Below, in pieces: positions 1 to 11,860 of a stretch of DNA of 20,000 nucleotides. The position numbers were made by a program, and so were the translations under genes. The first letter of the stretch is position 1, and the number at the start of each line of letters is the position of its first letter. The notes beneath the pieces were generated by a model. It was not told the DNA's origin and did no database searches. It worked only from the letters and a program-made list of their open reading frames with translations. This DNA is from Fimicolochytrium jonesii (taxonomy: Eukaryota): NCBI RefSeq assembly GCF_025526975.1, contig NW_026515702.1, forward strand, positions 293,766 to 313,765. Direction: 5' to 3'.

Positions 1-285
1 ACAATTCCCGCCCCACCCGTGGTTGGGGGATGCGTCGGCGAATATGCGGTAGTCTGCGTCCTTGGTGAGTAGACTCTTCCCGTTCCATGCGGTGAGGTTG
101 TTTGCAAATTTGCGAAGGAGGGTGCGGGTCGGTGTCGGAATCACGCAGAATGCGCGGTGTGGTGGTGGCCGGCAGAAGCGAGGGTCTGTCGAATACAGGT
201 TTACGGTTGGGTGTCCGGAAAAATAAGCTGCCGGTCTCTCAATAGCACAAGAAGAGATCTCAAGCGAGAGCGTCGTCTTGCCACC
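1..285 (-). mobile_element. Decayed DIRS/Ngaro-type (tyrosine-recombinase retrotransposon) RT-connection/RNase H fragment, continuing beyond the window's left edge
   Basis: My minus-strand translation (not in the ORF track; open from 285 to 1, no ATG) ends ...LLRKFANNLTAWNGKSLLTKDADYRIFADASPNHGWGGNC. This resembles the L..WNG.SLL segment followed by the (T/A)DAS...GWG RNase H start typical of DIRS/Ngaro pol. The same frame upstream has several stops, so it is probably a relic. Confidence 0.55.
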
Positions 286-2871
286 TTAATATCCAGGTGC
301 TTTGAAAGGAGTCCTTCTTGTAATACGGGGGTCGGGTCTTACGGGTACGGGTACGAGATACGAAATCGGGAATATCTGCGTGGTTGACTACAAAACAAAA
401 CAACGGGGTTATCCAACCTCACCCTCAGCTCTTCTTACAAGATTCCTGAGCTATCAAGTCCTCGGCGACGTCAGCAAAGTAAAAGTCGCGACACTCGGGG
501 TCATCTTGTCTAAGCTCTCTGGGTCTATGACCGCGCCTTGAAAGTCTATCAGAAACGGGAAGAAGTCGTCGGGAGTAGAGAAGTAGAAAGCTCTGTTGTT
601 GATCGGGATCTGTGTTCTGCGTGCACGGATCTGGGTTTTGCGTATCGTACAAAGGTCTGGGGAAAACAGACGGGTTTTTATATGGATTTTTCTAGGCTAC
701 GAGATTTTGTCGAAGTCCAAACTCTCTACTAGTCGTCTCTAGAGGATTTAGCTACGTCGGGGTCTTTTTCTCTTTTCCTGCGGCGGTCTACGTAGTTTTT
801 CCTTTTTCCATTCGCAATTTTGGCGCTGATACAGCCTTATCGCTTTCTTTTCTCGGGGTTTTCTGCAACTTTCGGCGTGAGTTTCTTTTGTCCACTCCTA
901 CGAACGCGGGGAAATCTACTACATCTCCGTCCGCTCCGCTTACTCGGCGCGGCGAGCGCGTCGAGCGCGTTAAAGTCGGTACGCAAGTCGTCCGCGACAG
1001 TGCCGTACATACGGCATCAAACTGCGGGCCCAAGAAGTAACACGTTTTGTCTCGTCGGTGATGACAGAGGAGTTCCACGTTTTGTCTCGACGGTGATGAC
1101 GCCAAAGCGTCCCGAACCTGCGATGCAGGATTCCGGCTCAGGACATGGCACTCATTTTCTCTTCAGATAGATATGACGCAAATCGCAAAGGCGGCGCCGA
1201 ACCCCAACCATGCACTTTGAACCCATCCGATGTCCGCGGCCCCGCAGTCAGTTGGATATCATTGAAGAGCAGCGGGTGCACGGTGATCTGCTAGTGTACA
1301 GTACTGCTTTGGATCCTCGGGCCCGCGCTCAAGGGAGCGATCGTTTTAGGCTGTGAAAACAATCATCTTCGGCAAATGTTCATCTTCCAATGGTTTGCAC
1401 GGTAGCAACACGGGCATGACACACCCACAGGAACCGCGCATCTGAAGATAAGCTTTCGCGAACTTTTCGAAGTGTTCTCTGGACTATTATTCATGCAACA
1501 CCTTGCCGGACTAGCACGTGCATGGCGACTCGGCGGAGACCAGACTGGTGGATCATTCACTCATTTAACATCATGACCCCTGAATCCACGCAGAGATATG
1601 AATCCTGTCTTCCGACAGTTGGAATTGCGAAGCTTTGCTTTATCATTGATCAAGTTTGGACACTAGTATGTATGATGATTCTAGCGTGTCGCAGTACGTA
1701 ACACCGGCGTCGGAGTCTCCGGGCATATTGTACGGTTTTGCAGGGGTAGCGCAGTCAGTGCACCAGCGCGTGTTGGATGGACACGGACTTGCTCGCAGGG
1801 ACGATTTGCTGATACCAGGGTTCCTGACTGCGCGTGTTAAACCCTCGCAACTTCAAGTTCGCAACTCATCAGTGACCCGTAACTTTACGTGTCAGAACTG
1901 CGCTACGTTGATGATTAGCGAAAGTGGATCTGCTATAACGTCATTCGGGGGTGCACCTAGCTCTATGGTACTCGAGAAAAATTATTCTTAGACCTCCCGG
2001 CGAGTAATTAGAGAGACACCATAAGGTATGTACGAGTGACGATAAATATGGACGGTGCTGTGAAGGAGTCTTTGCTCAAGAAACTCACGGGTAGTAGGTG
2101 CACAGAAACGGGGCTTTGGAAAATGTTGGAACGAGAGTGGACCGGTTTATTTATGACGACTATGATATTTTGGTCAACAGTGGATTCCGAGTATGGCTGT
2201 GATCGGTGATCACCCCTGGAAGCAGATCTGCATGTCGTTTTCCCGGGAAAGACATTCCAAGATTCAATGAACTCCGACCAACTTTGACACGGAAACTGAT
2301 GTCTTCACGCACGAGGGAATTTCACAACCGGCCGACGTTGAACTTTAAGGGCAATTACAGAATCCGAACCATGCAATTGTGATTGTAAACACGTGGAGAG
2401 ACGGAGACGGATAGAGGAGCGCACCCCGTCCCCCAGGGCCGCAGATGTGTCTACCGCATATCCTTCCGTGTTACGGCGGGATGTGCTGTTCCCGCCCAAA
2501 CTGTGTTCATCGATGTCTTCTATGGTATACTTCTGGATGCGTTCTCGGTGATTTCGAGTAAATGTGGAAAGATCTATCTCAATTTGGAACGTGAAATCCC
2601 GAAATGTAAATGCGATGCAGAATGCGGAGGTATAAATATCACCCTGGAGATAGACAACCGGCGTGGAGAAAAAGTAAGGACTGGCTTCCCTGGTGCCTCG
2701 GATCGCTGACCTTGGGACAAAGTCGTGAAAACTGAATTCGAGCGACGGCCATATCGATATTCGGGAAATTCTGAACTTCTCCGCTTGGTCCCTTCTGTCG
2801 GCGGCGTCACCTTCACATCAAGCGACCTTGATATTGCAAGTTGTCTCAAGGTATCGGACTTTCCTGTGACC

Positions 2872-4521
2872 ATGAATTTCAAATCTGTTCTGCTGCCAAC
2901 ACTGCAGGCCAATGCGGTGATTGCCTTGACTACTCTGTCTGGGGTTGCCCTTGGTCGATTGGGATTTCTGACACCTCCCATTCAGAAGGTAGGTCCGAAT
3001 CAGTGTGGAGTATCTTGACTACGGTTGTTTGTGGACATGTCTAACATGTTCTTACTTAAGAGCCTGGCCAAGATCAGCTACTGGCTTCTGACACCCGCGC
3101 TCATTTTCAGCAAGATCGCAAGTACGGTCGACGTCGATCAATTCGTCAGCTTATGGCCGATCCCAGCCCTCTTCCTTTTCAGCTCGGTTGTTTCGTACTT
3201 CCTTGCCATCATTGGTGTGCGTTTCCTCCGCGGAGACATACAGAGCAACCGATTCATGATCGCTGCAATTGTCTTCACCAACACGGTGACCATGCCCGTG
3301 CCGGTCATTATCGCGTTGACGCCGATGACACCAATTCTATTTCGGCACGCCGGGTCCGCAGGAGAGGCTGTTGCGAATGGTATCTCTATGGCCTTATTCT
3401 TCACGGTTTTCTCTCACATCTTTCGCTGGAGCATCGGATACAAGCTCTTGGACGCCCCCGCTATGAATGAGCTTACCAAGGAACAGGCCGGCAAAGGTTC
3501 CCTCACCGCTGATGGTCACGAATTAGATTCTTCCGCCGTCACCATCGAAATGCCTCCGTCCATCGTGAACGTCCGCAGTTCAAACGTCGCACGCACCACA
3601 CAGCACGCCCCCGCTGTACCCGTCAAAGCCGAATGCAGACCGCCGGGGATCTACGCGGCGGTATCATCCCTTTCGTTGCAGGCCGTCGCTGCTCGTCGAT
3701 TAGCATCGTTGCACTCATCGGGCGGGCTTCCCCGAGTCTACGATATGAAGGGAAATACGGTTCGTCGGGCTAGCATTGGAACGTATTTTCCTGAATACGT
3801 GGGAAAGGACCAACATGTGGAATTGAAACCTATGGCGCATGAACATCGACGAATTTTGCAAGGAGAGGAATGCGCTCCAAACCGGTGGAGCGATCGCTCA
3901 AGCAACGTAACGGCTGCAACGCCGGGCTCGGAATGCATTGCCTGTGACGATAGTGCCGCCGGAAAAGAACATACTTACTTCGACCGAGTTCGGAGTGTCA
4001 TAACGAGTATCATCAATCCACCTTTCGCGTCAGCTCTAGTATCGCTCTGCATTGGGCTTATCCCGACCCTTTCTTCCGTCTTCTTCACGGGTCCTGTACG
4101 CTTTGTCGGAATCTCTCTCACGTCAATAGGGGATGCCTCCATCCCGTTCCAATTGATTCAGCTTGGTGGTCGGCTTCAGCGAGGTCCAACCCGCGACCAC
4201 ACGACAACCATGCCCGCCTGTGCAATAGCATATGTGGCCTTCTGCCGCCAAGTGATGGGTCCTTGCATAGGTCTCGCATTCTTGGCTCTGCTTAAGACCG
4301 CTGGGTACACCCCGAAGGATCCAATGCTAGCGTTTGTGCTGCTTCTTGAAGCCAGCACCCCGCCAGCTCTCAACCTAGGCGTGATTGCAGAGCTTCACGG
4401 CAAAGGTGAACGAGACATGGCCAATCTCCTTTTCTGGACATACATCGTGGCCATACCGGGCGCCGCGTTTTCGGTCGTCAGTTTCCTGCTTTTGCTTCCA
4501 AACTTTGTATCTCCGCGCTGA
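2872..4521 (+). CDS. PIN-like/auxin efflux carrier (Mem_trans/AEC family) membrane transporter, paralogue 1; exons 2872-2988 and 3061-4521, about 525 aa
   Basis: Exon 1 (MNFKSVLLPTLQANAV...PPIQK) is followed by a GTAGGT donor at 2989, a CTAAC branch point and an AAG acceptor at 3060. Exon 2 reads SLAKISYWLLTPALIFSKIA, FTNTVTMP, FRWSIGY, a long hydrophilic loop, NPPF..LV, IGDASIPFQLIQLGG and DPMLAFVLLLEASTPPALNL, giving the two TM bundles plus central loop of this family. Confidence 0.9.
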
Positions 4522-4717
4522 TAACGTATCATATAGGGACGCTACATGCTTTTGTCTTATTGTATAAAACCGCGGGAGTTCGCTTTCGCCCCCATTTTGC
4601 TTCCACCACTTTGTATCTCCGCGCTGATGTATCATATAGGGACGCTACATGTTTGTCAATACATTTATCATTGTATAAAACCATGGGAGTTCGCTTTCGT
4701 CCCCCCCCCCCCCCCCC
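4490..4717 (+). repeat. Imperfect tandem duplication (about 105-110 bp, 2 copies) spanning the stop codon and 3' UTR of transporter 1, ending in a poly-C run
   Basis: TTTTGCTTCCA..CTTTGTATCTCCGCGCTGAT..GTATCATATAGGGACGCTACATG..TTGTATAAAACC..GGGAGTTCGCTTTCG begins at both 4490 and 4595. Confidence 0.9.
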
Positions 4718-5003
4718 AATTTGACATTTTGGCATTATATAGATGCACTGGATAAATCTTGGCACGAAAATATGTATGAATGACGATGTTAAGAATAAAG
4801 TCGTAGTACGATACGTAGGTACAGTATGAAGTGTCCTGCCCGAAAGTCGGTCAATGTACTTGCCGTTACCAGCAGTAGCCTTGATGGCGCCTTGATGGCT
4901 GCGTCACGTCGAATCCCGTGTTAGGCTTAGGGTTTTGTTCCCGGGGTGGAATTGGCTCCGGATTGCACACGTAAGCTGTTTATTGCGCAAGGTTCCATAC
5001 TTT

Positions 5004-5239
5004 GAATGTTCGTCTGTCCCGTGAGACCGGATCCCATGGGTTCGTCGTATTATGATCGTCGTTCCTACCACGTTTCTATATTACTCTCTACATGACGGGG
5101 ACGCAACCCTGGAACGTTCTCTCGGCCCTCGGGGAACATTCGGTTTCGGACGCGTTTTGAGACAACGTTCCCGTCCTGAAACAATTTGGTTGGCGCTGTA
5201 TCGGATGTATCCTGTTATCGAATGTTCCCGCTTTATATA
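5004..5239 (+). promoter_or_regulatory. Cluster of GAAnnTTC (heat-shock-element-like) motifs followed by a TATA-like box
   Basis: GAATGTTC at 5004, GAACGTTC at 5112, GAACATTC at 5134, GAATGTTC at 5220, a near match CAACGTTC at 5163, and TATATA at 5234-5239. The cluster ends about 450 bp upstream of the ATG at 5686. Confidence 0.4.
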
Positions 5240-5685
5240 CGAGGCCGACACCCACGTTTCCCCCCCACTATAATACGTGGTCCACCGGGCAAGCGAATGG
5301 TTTCGAACAGCATCCTGCTACATGTGCGCCGTTTCACAAGGAACTGGACCTGGATCTCAATCAATGATGCTCGCTCCGAGTGGATTCCGGATCATGAGCT
5401 GGACGGCATCCAACGGTGTACATATTCCAAGATCCATCACGGAGGCTTGACAATTGATCTTGAGCTCATCAAGGATGCATCAAAGTACTGTGTATTAGTC
5501 GGTCAATGTGCGGTGGCTTCGGCTGCTTTGCCGTCCGCATCGCCCGGCGGTAAAATGGTCAGCATTGCGCCCGTCAGAATACATATGCATAACGAGGCTG
5601 TCCCGCCGGCCCCCGTCTTGGCCTATGTTCGCAAAACCGTTTTGCTTGCAGCTCCACAATCCCCACCGCATCAACTGAATCAAAC

Positions 5686-7155
5686 ATGAGAAGTGCTTCC
5701 CTGTACGCTGTGCTGACCACCAGCGTCATGTTGGTCGTCGCTGCTTCGACGGCAGACCAATCCGACACCGCCGTCCGCCAGATTGCCGCTGTGACCCATT
5801 CCTCTGTGACCAACGCAGCCCCCGGAACACCTTCCGGGACTACCCCAGTGCAAGAAACCGGAAAGAGCGCATCAGCCCAGGTCACGGCCGCGTCGTTGCC
5901 CGAGCCGCCAACACCGCAATTCGGAGTGCCGCAGGAGATTCTCGGCGGGATGAAACGGACCGATTTCGATTTCGCTGACGGACTTGCCATCGACTTGTTT
6001 TCTCCAACGCCGCGGACATTGACCGTAACGCAAAACCGATCGCCTTCCGCACCGGCCAACCTCGTTACGGGGGCTCCAGGAGGACCCTGGTTGGCGGCGC
6101 TTCCTTACTCGTACGTTTTGAAGCTCAACGAATCCAACGTGAATGACCTGGTTGCGAAGGTGGAGCTCCCGTATGATCCCGCGGTGTTGGCGGGCATGGG
6201 ATTGACCGAGGACAATACCTACGTCGGAACGTACAGCCCGACGACCGGCGGATGGGTCATTGACCAAACGCAGCGCAACGTACACCGCACGGAAAACAAG
6301 ACTCGCATCATTAACATGAATTCGTACGACGGAGAATATCTGGTAAGGGGTTTCAGATGCGATCCGAGCACACAAATGCCACCGGCTCAGTTTTCCTAAA
6401 TTTCTTCATATCGAAACGTACTAGCTATTAGCGCGCAATACAACCGACACCGCCGACATTTTCCTGCAATACGGACAAGGCGCCTCGCGCGAGCTCGAGA
6501 TCATCCGCGGCGGGGCCTTGCAGGAAGGTGTGTGGGTTGATGGATTCACCCTATCGGCCCGCGTCGACGGCAACCTCGCGGTGAAAGTGAACGCCGACTT
6601 TGGAACTTTTGACCAAGCTGCTCTCCCCGCCGGATTCCAAGCCGTCACAACCTACACTTACGTGACAAACTCCAGCGACCCTACGGGCAAAACGAGCCTG
6701 GACGTGAAGCTACCCTGTAAGTGTCTCCCCGGAACCTGAAAGAAATCTTCACCCACAGGTACCGGAATGACATCTCCCCTTCTTGTCCCACAGTCAAACC
6801 CGACTTCCTTGCAACAAGGAAGATCGACCCGGTCGATCTCCGCGTGGCGCGTATGGACACAGGTTCCAAGACGTTTGTGGTAGACGAAGCCAGCCAGAAG
6901 CTGGACGTGGAGCGCAAATTCGCCGTGTTGGAGAGGCAGAACAGTCTCGATGGGCAATGGCTGCTCGTCTTCAAAGCGCATGGCGATGTTAACGTCACCC
7001 CCACCGGAACGCCTAGGGATGCAGGTATTGAGGTAGTCAAAGCGACGGGCTCTGGAGGGGAAGCCGTTATCAGCGTGTCGTCTCCCCCCTTAAGCGGACG
7101 TTCGGCGGCTACAACCATTGGGGCGATAGGAGCGGTGGTGGCATGGTTCATGTAG
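5686..7155 (+). CDS. Secreted, probably GPI-anchored protein of unknown function with two internal repeat domains; exons 5686-6342, 6425-6716 and 6794-7155, about 436 aa
   Basis: N-terminal signal peptide MRSASLYAVLTTSVMLVVAASTA and a S/T/P-rich linker. Introns GTAAGG..TAG (6343-6424) and GTAAGT..CAG (6717-6793) join three ORFs in frame. The C-terminus is small-residue-rich with a hydrophobic tail (SAATTIGAIGAVVAWFM*). Confidence 0.8.
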
Positions 7156-7231
7156 TACACGGTCATTGTAATGGTCTTCTTTCATGGCATGGTTCATGAA
7201 ATACATGGCAAATGTATAGTGGTCGTCTTTC
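7140..7231 (+). repeat. Imperfect tandem duplication of about 46 bp over the stop codon of the secreted-protein gene
   Basis: GGCATGGTTCATG..TACA..GG..TGTA..TGGTC.TCTTTC starts at both 7140 and 7186. Confidence 0.7.
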
Positions 7232-8027
7232 CTGTCAATCAATACATTAGAGATGATGAGGAGTGCAAGGAGGATGACACACAGACACGGCAACTAATAG
7301 TGCGACCGGGGCCGGCTGGGCCGGGACCGCATGCGATCGCGCTAGATGGAACCGGGATGGGGCCCCTGCCGCACTCACTAAGCCTGTTGTCCGACGCACT
7401 GCCAACGGTTTGGAGCGTTAAGGGGAAGTCGAGCTTATCGGCCATGGCGTTGGAATGCGATGGCGAACGCAATGGTGTGGGGCGGGGTGCTGTGCGTCAA
7501 AGGAGAAGAAGCCGGGTGGGCCTTGACCAAGTTCGGACGGTGGGCAACGTGGCTTCAATGCTCCGGATGCCTCCAGTCGAGTTTGTTGCAATCACTCATT
7601 CAGAGAACGTTCTTGTATTTGCATGGGTCCACGACGGCGTGCTGCTTGGGCGTACTGTAAGCTGCTTACGGGAGTCGCGCGTTACTGCCCAAAAGTTCGA
7701 ATCGAAGCGTCTCCTGGGCATTGGAAACATTATGCTACTCGACCCCATATACTGTGGAGACAAACACAAAAGGGTTCGCCGCTTCGTCATCCGATGTTCC
7801 TGGGTAGGCGGCTGACAATAGAATTCCGCGGGATGCACGGTCCATACATTTCTTTTCCATCGTTACACTGCCATAACAACGTATTTAAACCGCAGCAATG
7901 CGGCCTTTTCCTTCGCCATCCGTTCTTGTACATGAGCGTGCATTCGCATGTACCAATCGTAGTTGCACAACTTCCCCCAACAGTTGCGCATCCCCCGATC
8001 TTTGGCGGGATTCGATAACGCCGAAAG

Positions 8028-11000
8028 ATGTGCCTGAACTCGCTGCGAACCGTTCCAGATCGACAACCTATTGACGCCGAAAGCAACCCCATGCTCACGA
8101 CCATCGCCTTCCCTTCCTCTCTTTCGACGAGGAGCACAGAGGCTGACATCCCACCGTTCGTCGAGATACCGACTGCTCCTCAAAGTTTTGAAAGGCGACC
8201 GAATATCGCAAGGATTGGCTCCGGAGACGTCAGATCTATGCCACCAGCCGAATGTCACTTGAGTCGGTTAACCGAGCCTTTCCACTCGCAAATCGAAAAT
8301 GGATTTATGGTCCGTAGGCAGAGCGGAGGACCAACGCGGCCGTACAGCTTGACAATGCTTGGAAATGTGAGACATCCCGGACGACCTTGGATGCGTTATC
8401 CTTCCGATGCTCCGGTAGTTGTCGGCGGAGTCAAGTGCAAAACCTGTTCCGGCCGAGTTGCAAGAGCACCGGGCTTTCGGAAGCTATTGCCCGAGGATGC
8501 CAAAGAGAATAGTCATTTGTGGATGTGGTCAGCGCGGATTCTGACTTGTTGCTGCTTGCCATTTTGTTTGAGAGCCATGGGCAACAGGGATCGGATTGTT
8601 CAGCAGGCCTGGCGCGAGAAGATTGCCCTCTGCCTCATTATTCTCATCTTATCTGTGGTGGTCGCTTTCTTTACCGTCAGTTTGCGGAGAGTGCTCTGCC
8701 CTAGTACCACTTTCGCAAATCTTTTGCCAATATTCGATGCCCAAAGTCACAACGACAATCACGGAGATTTAAACGGCATTCTGATCAGCGGCTATAGGTA
8801 TAGCTTTGATGAGGTGCAGCGAGAGCTTGCTCAGCACAGTATCCACATGGGGGACGAATGGAGGGGCAAGGATATCACAAAGCTTTTTGCAAATGACCGG
8901 CAGAAGTGCGATGCATACGTTGTCGTCCCCTATACTGACGGTTGTGATTTTCCGGAGCTGGTCTCCATATCGCGTCCCCGGGGGAAATGTGGAACAAGGA
9001 GCTGGTTGAGAAGAATGAGTAGTCGAAGGGCCAGGCGATACATGGAATGGACAGACCTCGCTATTATTTCTCAACAATCACCAACACTGAGTTTCACGGT
9101 ATTCAACGGAGGTGAGCACACTCATATTTCCGCACTGTACACGCATATTTTTGGTTTCTGGACTGTGAACTGAAACTCCTTTCTCTTTACAGCTGTCGTG
9201 AATGTCACCGAGTTCTTAAGCTCAGCACATCCTCACACGGAGGCCTATAGCTTCATCTTCAACGGCGTTGGGAAGGATGGGACACACCTTTACCTTCGCA
9301 ACAGTAACGCGCATCGTGCGATCAAGTGTCTTCTCAAGCCTTACCATGTCGGATACATTGATGTGGAACCCATCGGTTGCATCGCTGGTCAAGTTCTTGA
9401 AACGTTGACGCTGGTGATCATTGGCGGGGTTATGAGCACCAAATTCTTCATGGCTCTTTGGTTCCATTGGTTCGGTTTGCCCAAACTGGAGCCGACCCAA
9501 TTCGGACTTCCAAAGGGCAGCGGGAGTTGCGCTGTCGCTGTGAACGATGACAGCCCCATCGTTAGGTCTTGCATGTTTGACGAGAGCCATACCATGCATG
9601 CCATTATCTTGGTGACATGTTATTCGGAAGGCTACGATGGACTACGGACAACATTGGACTCGTTAGCTAGTACGGACTATCCAGACAGTAAGAAACTGCT
9701 GTTTGTGGTCGCAGATGGAATGGTAACTGGCCTGGGCGAGGAGAAATCTACGCCGGCAATCATCTTGGGAATGATGCAGTTCGACCCCGGCATGACCGAA
9801 CCGGAGCCAAAAAGTTACGTCGCCGTCGGGCATGGCGGAACAGAGCACAATATGGCCAAAGTTGTAAGTCTTCCGAATGATTGTTCTAAATGGCAAATGA
9901 GTATTCATCTTACCTTTCTTCCTCTCTTTCATGTAGTATGCGGGTTACTACATTGTTGGAAACCATAAAGTTCCCATGATTACGGTCGTCAAATGCGGTC
10001 TCCCGTCGGAAGCAACCTCGGTTAAGCCTGGGAACCGTGGAAAACGTGACTCCCAGATGATAGTTCTGAACCTACTGAGTCGCATTTTGTTTGACGACCG
10101 GATGACGGCACTTGATTTTGAAGTCCTTACGGCTATGGACAATATTGCAAGCGCCGCGGACAAGTACGAAGTTATACTCATGGTGGACGCTGACACCAAA
10201 GTTGCTCCCGAATCCCTAAAGTACATGGTGAACGTGATGAGAACCGATCAGGCGGTAATGGGTCTCTGCGGGGAGACTCGTATCGCGAACAAAACGGCTA
10301 GTTTCACGTCGGCTATACAAGTTTTCGAATACTACATCTCTCACCATCTCGGGAAGGCCTTCGAGTCGGCGTTCGGCGGCGTCACTTGCCTTCCTGGATG
10401 CTTCTGCATGTACCGGCTAAAAGGGCTTGGGAGAGATAACGGAAGTATTGTGCCCATTCTTCTCAGTCCGGACGTTCTGGAAGAATACTCTGAGAGTGTT
10501 GTTGAGACGCTCCACAAAAAGAACCTGCTCCTCCTTGGGGAGGATCGGTTCTTAACCACTCTGATGTTGAAAAACTTCCCCAGGCGGAAGACGATCTTTG
10601 TGCCGCGGGCCGTTTGCTACACGATAGTGCCGGATCGGTTCAAAGTTCTGCTCAGTCAGAGGAGAAGGTGGATCAATAGCACATTGCACAATTTGCTCGA
10701 GCTGGTTTTGGTGAGGGATCTCTGTGGAACGTTTTGCTTCAGTATGCAGTTCGTCATATTGGTAAGTGAAAGTTTTTTTCACTCACGGGAGCGGCGGGAT
10801 TTGCAACCGCTGATACCATTTCTACATTCACTATCGTGTAGCTCGAATTGATCGGAGCCGTAGCCTTGCCCACTTCTATGTTTTTGTCGATCTATCTGAT
10901 CTTATCTGTTTCCATCAACAACAACGCCGAACTGATGCCTTTCCTCATACTGGCGGCCATGCTGGGTCTCCCTGGCCTCCTCATTATCGTCACCACTCGG

Positions 11001-11860
11001 AAAAGGGCTTACGTTCTATGGATGCTTCTGTATTTGTTTTCTCTACCCATCTGGAACTTTGTGTTTCCAATCTACGCCTACTGGCATTGTGAGTATCATC
11101 GCGCCCTTCTGAATTGGCTGGTATCATCGGCCATTTTTGCTATGTTACGATGCAAGACTGATTGTCTTCCTAATTTTCCTAATAGTCGACGACTTTTCAT
11201 GGGGTAAGACGCGAAGAGTTGAGGAGAAGGTTCGGGAAAGAGCAGAAGGGGAAATGGAGAGTCAGACAAAGGCGCTCCCTGTGATCATGAAAAAGTATGT
11301 CTTGGTGCTATATTTTACAGGCTTCTATATTAAGCTCACATTCTCCACGTCATAAAGATGGATCGAATGGGTAGTGAGCAGCGAATGCGAGACCATCCGG
11401 GAATCTCCAGAACTAGGCGCTGTCTGGTAAGTTCCGCGGGAGATTGTCCCGTTCCGGCATACGGAAGTTCGCCGTTCGTCAGCATTATGTCGCGAATTGG
11501 AATCAAGGTACTGACCTAGTTCAAATTCACCTGCGCGCGCGCAGGCGGTCTACGGAAGTCACTGCTGAAACCAGCGCTCCCAGTCAGGGTGCGATTCCAA
11601 ACCTTTCCATTGCAACATCGGACAAGGGAGTTTTGCACCCCAACGATGGCCACAGTAGCAGGAGTTGGGGTTGGAGGATGTCGGATGGTGGGACCTTGAC
11701 TTGTTATGGTTGTCGTCGGCCGTCAATCCATCCGCATTCACCGAGCCCCATGACCCGCTTGACAAATCAATTGCCGATGCCAACCATACTCTCGGGCCGA
11801 CGAAACGATCCTTGGCTTCCGCCATCACTTATGGTGGGCGGTATCGACATAGAAGCTTAG
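8028..11860 (+). CDS. chs: Chitin synthase, division 2 (class IV-like, no myosin motor); exons 8028-9111, 9193-9863, 9937-10761, 10842-11088, 11186-11294, 11358-11426 and 11545-11860, about 1106 aa
   Basis: Motifs [118 protein letters not shown] and WHFDDFSWG. Six GT-AG introns restore one continuous frame. The start codon and last exon are less certain. Confidence 0.93.

Noticed and set aside
1170..2800. Short ORFs (1363-1560, 1656-1991, 2305-2499, 2503-2709)
   Set aside because: No coherent splice model or family motif was found, and several rely on TTG/GTG starts, which are unlikely in a fungus.
3025..3060. Track start of the 498-aa ORF (MFVDMSNMFLLK)
   Set aside because: It lies inside intron 1. 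The upstream exon 2872-2988 matches paralogue 2 and supplies the real N-terminus.
4878..4933. 11-bp tandem GCCTTGATGGC x2 and an isolated TTAGGCTTAGGG
   Set aside because: Too short to separate from chance or local slippage; not a telomeric array.
7171..8018. ORFs of 214 aa and 131 aa between the secreted-protein gene and chitin synthase
   Set aside because: No recognisable motifs. The first starts within a 3' UTR duplication, and the antisense frame has many stops. A decayed gene cannot be excluded.
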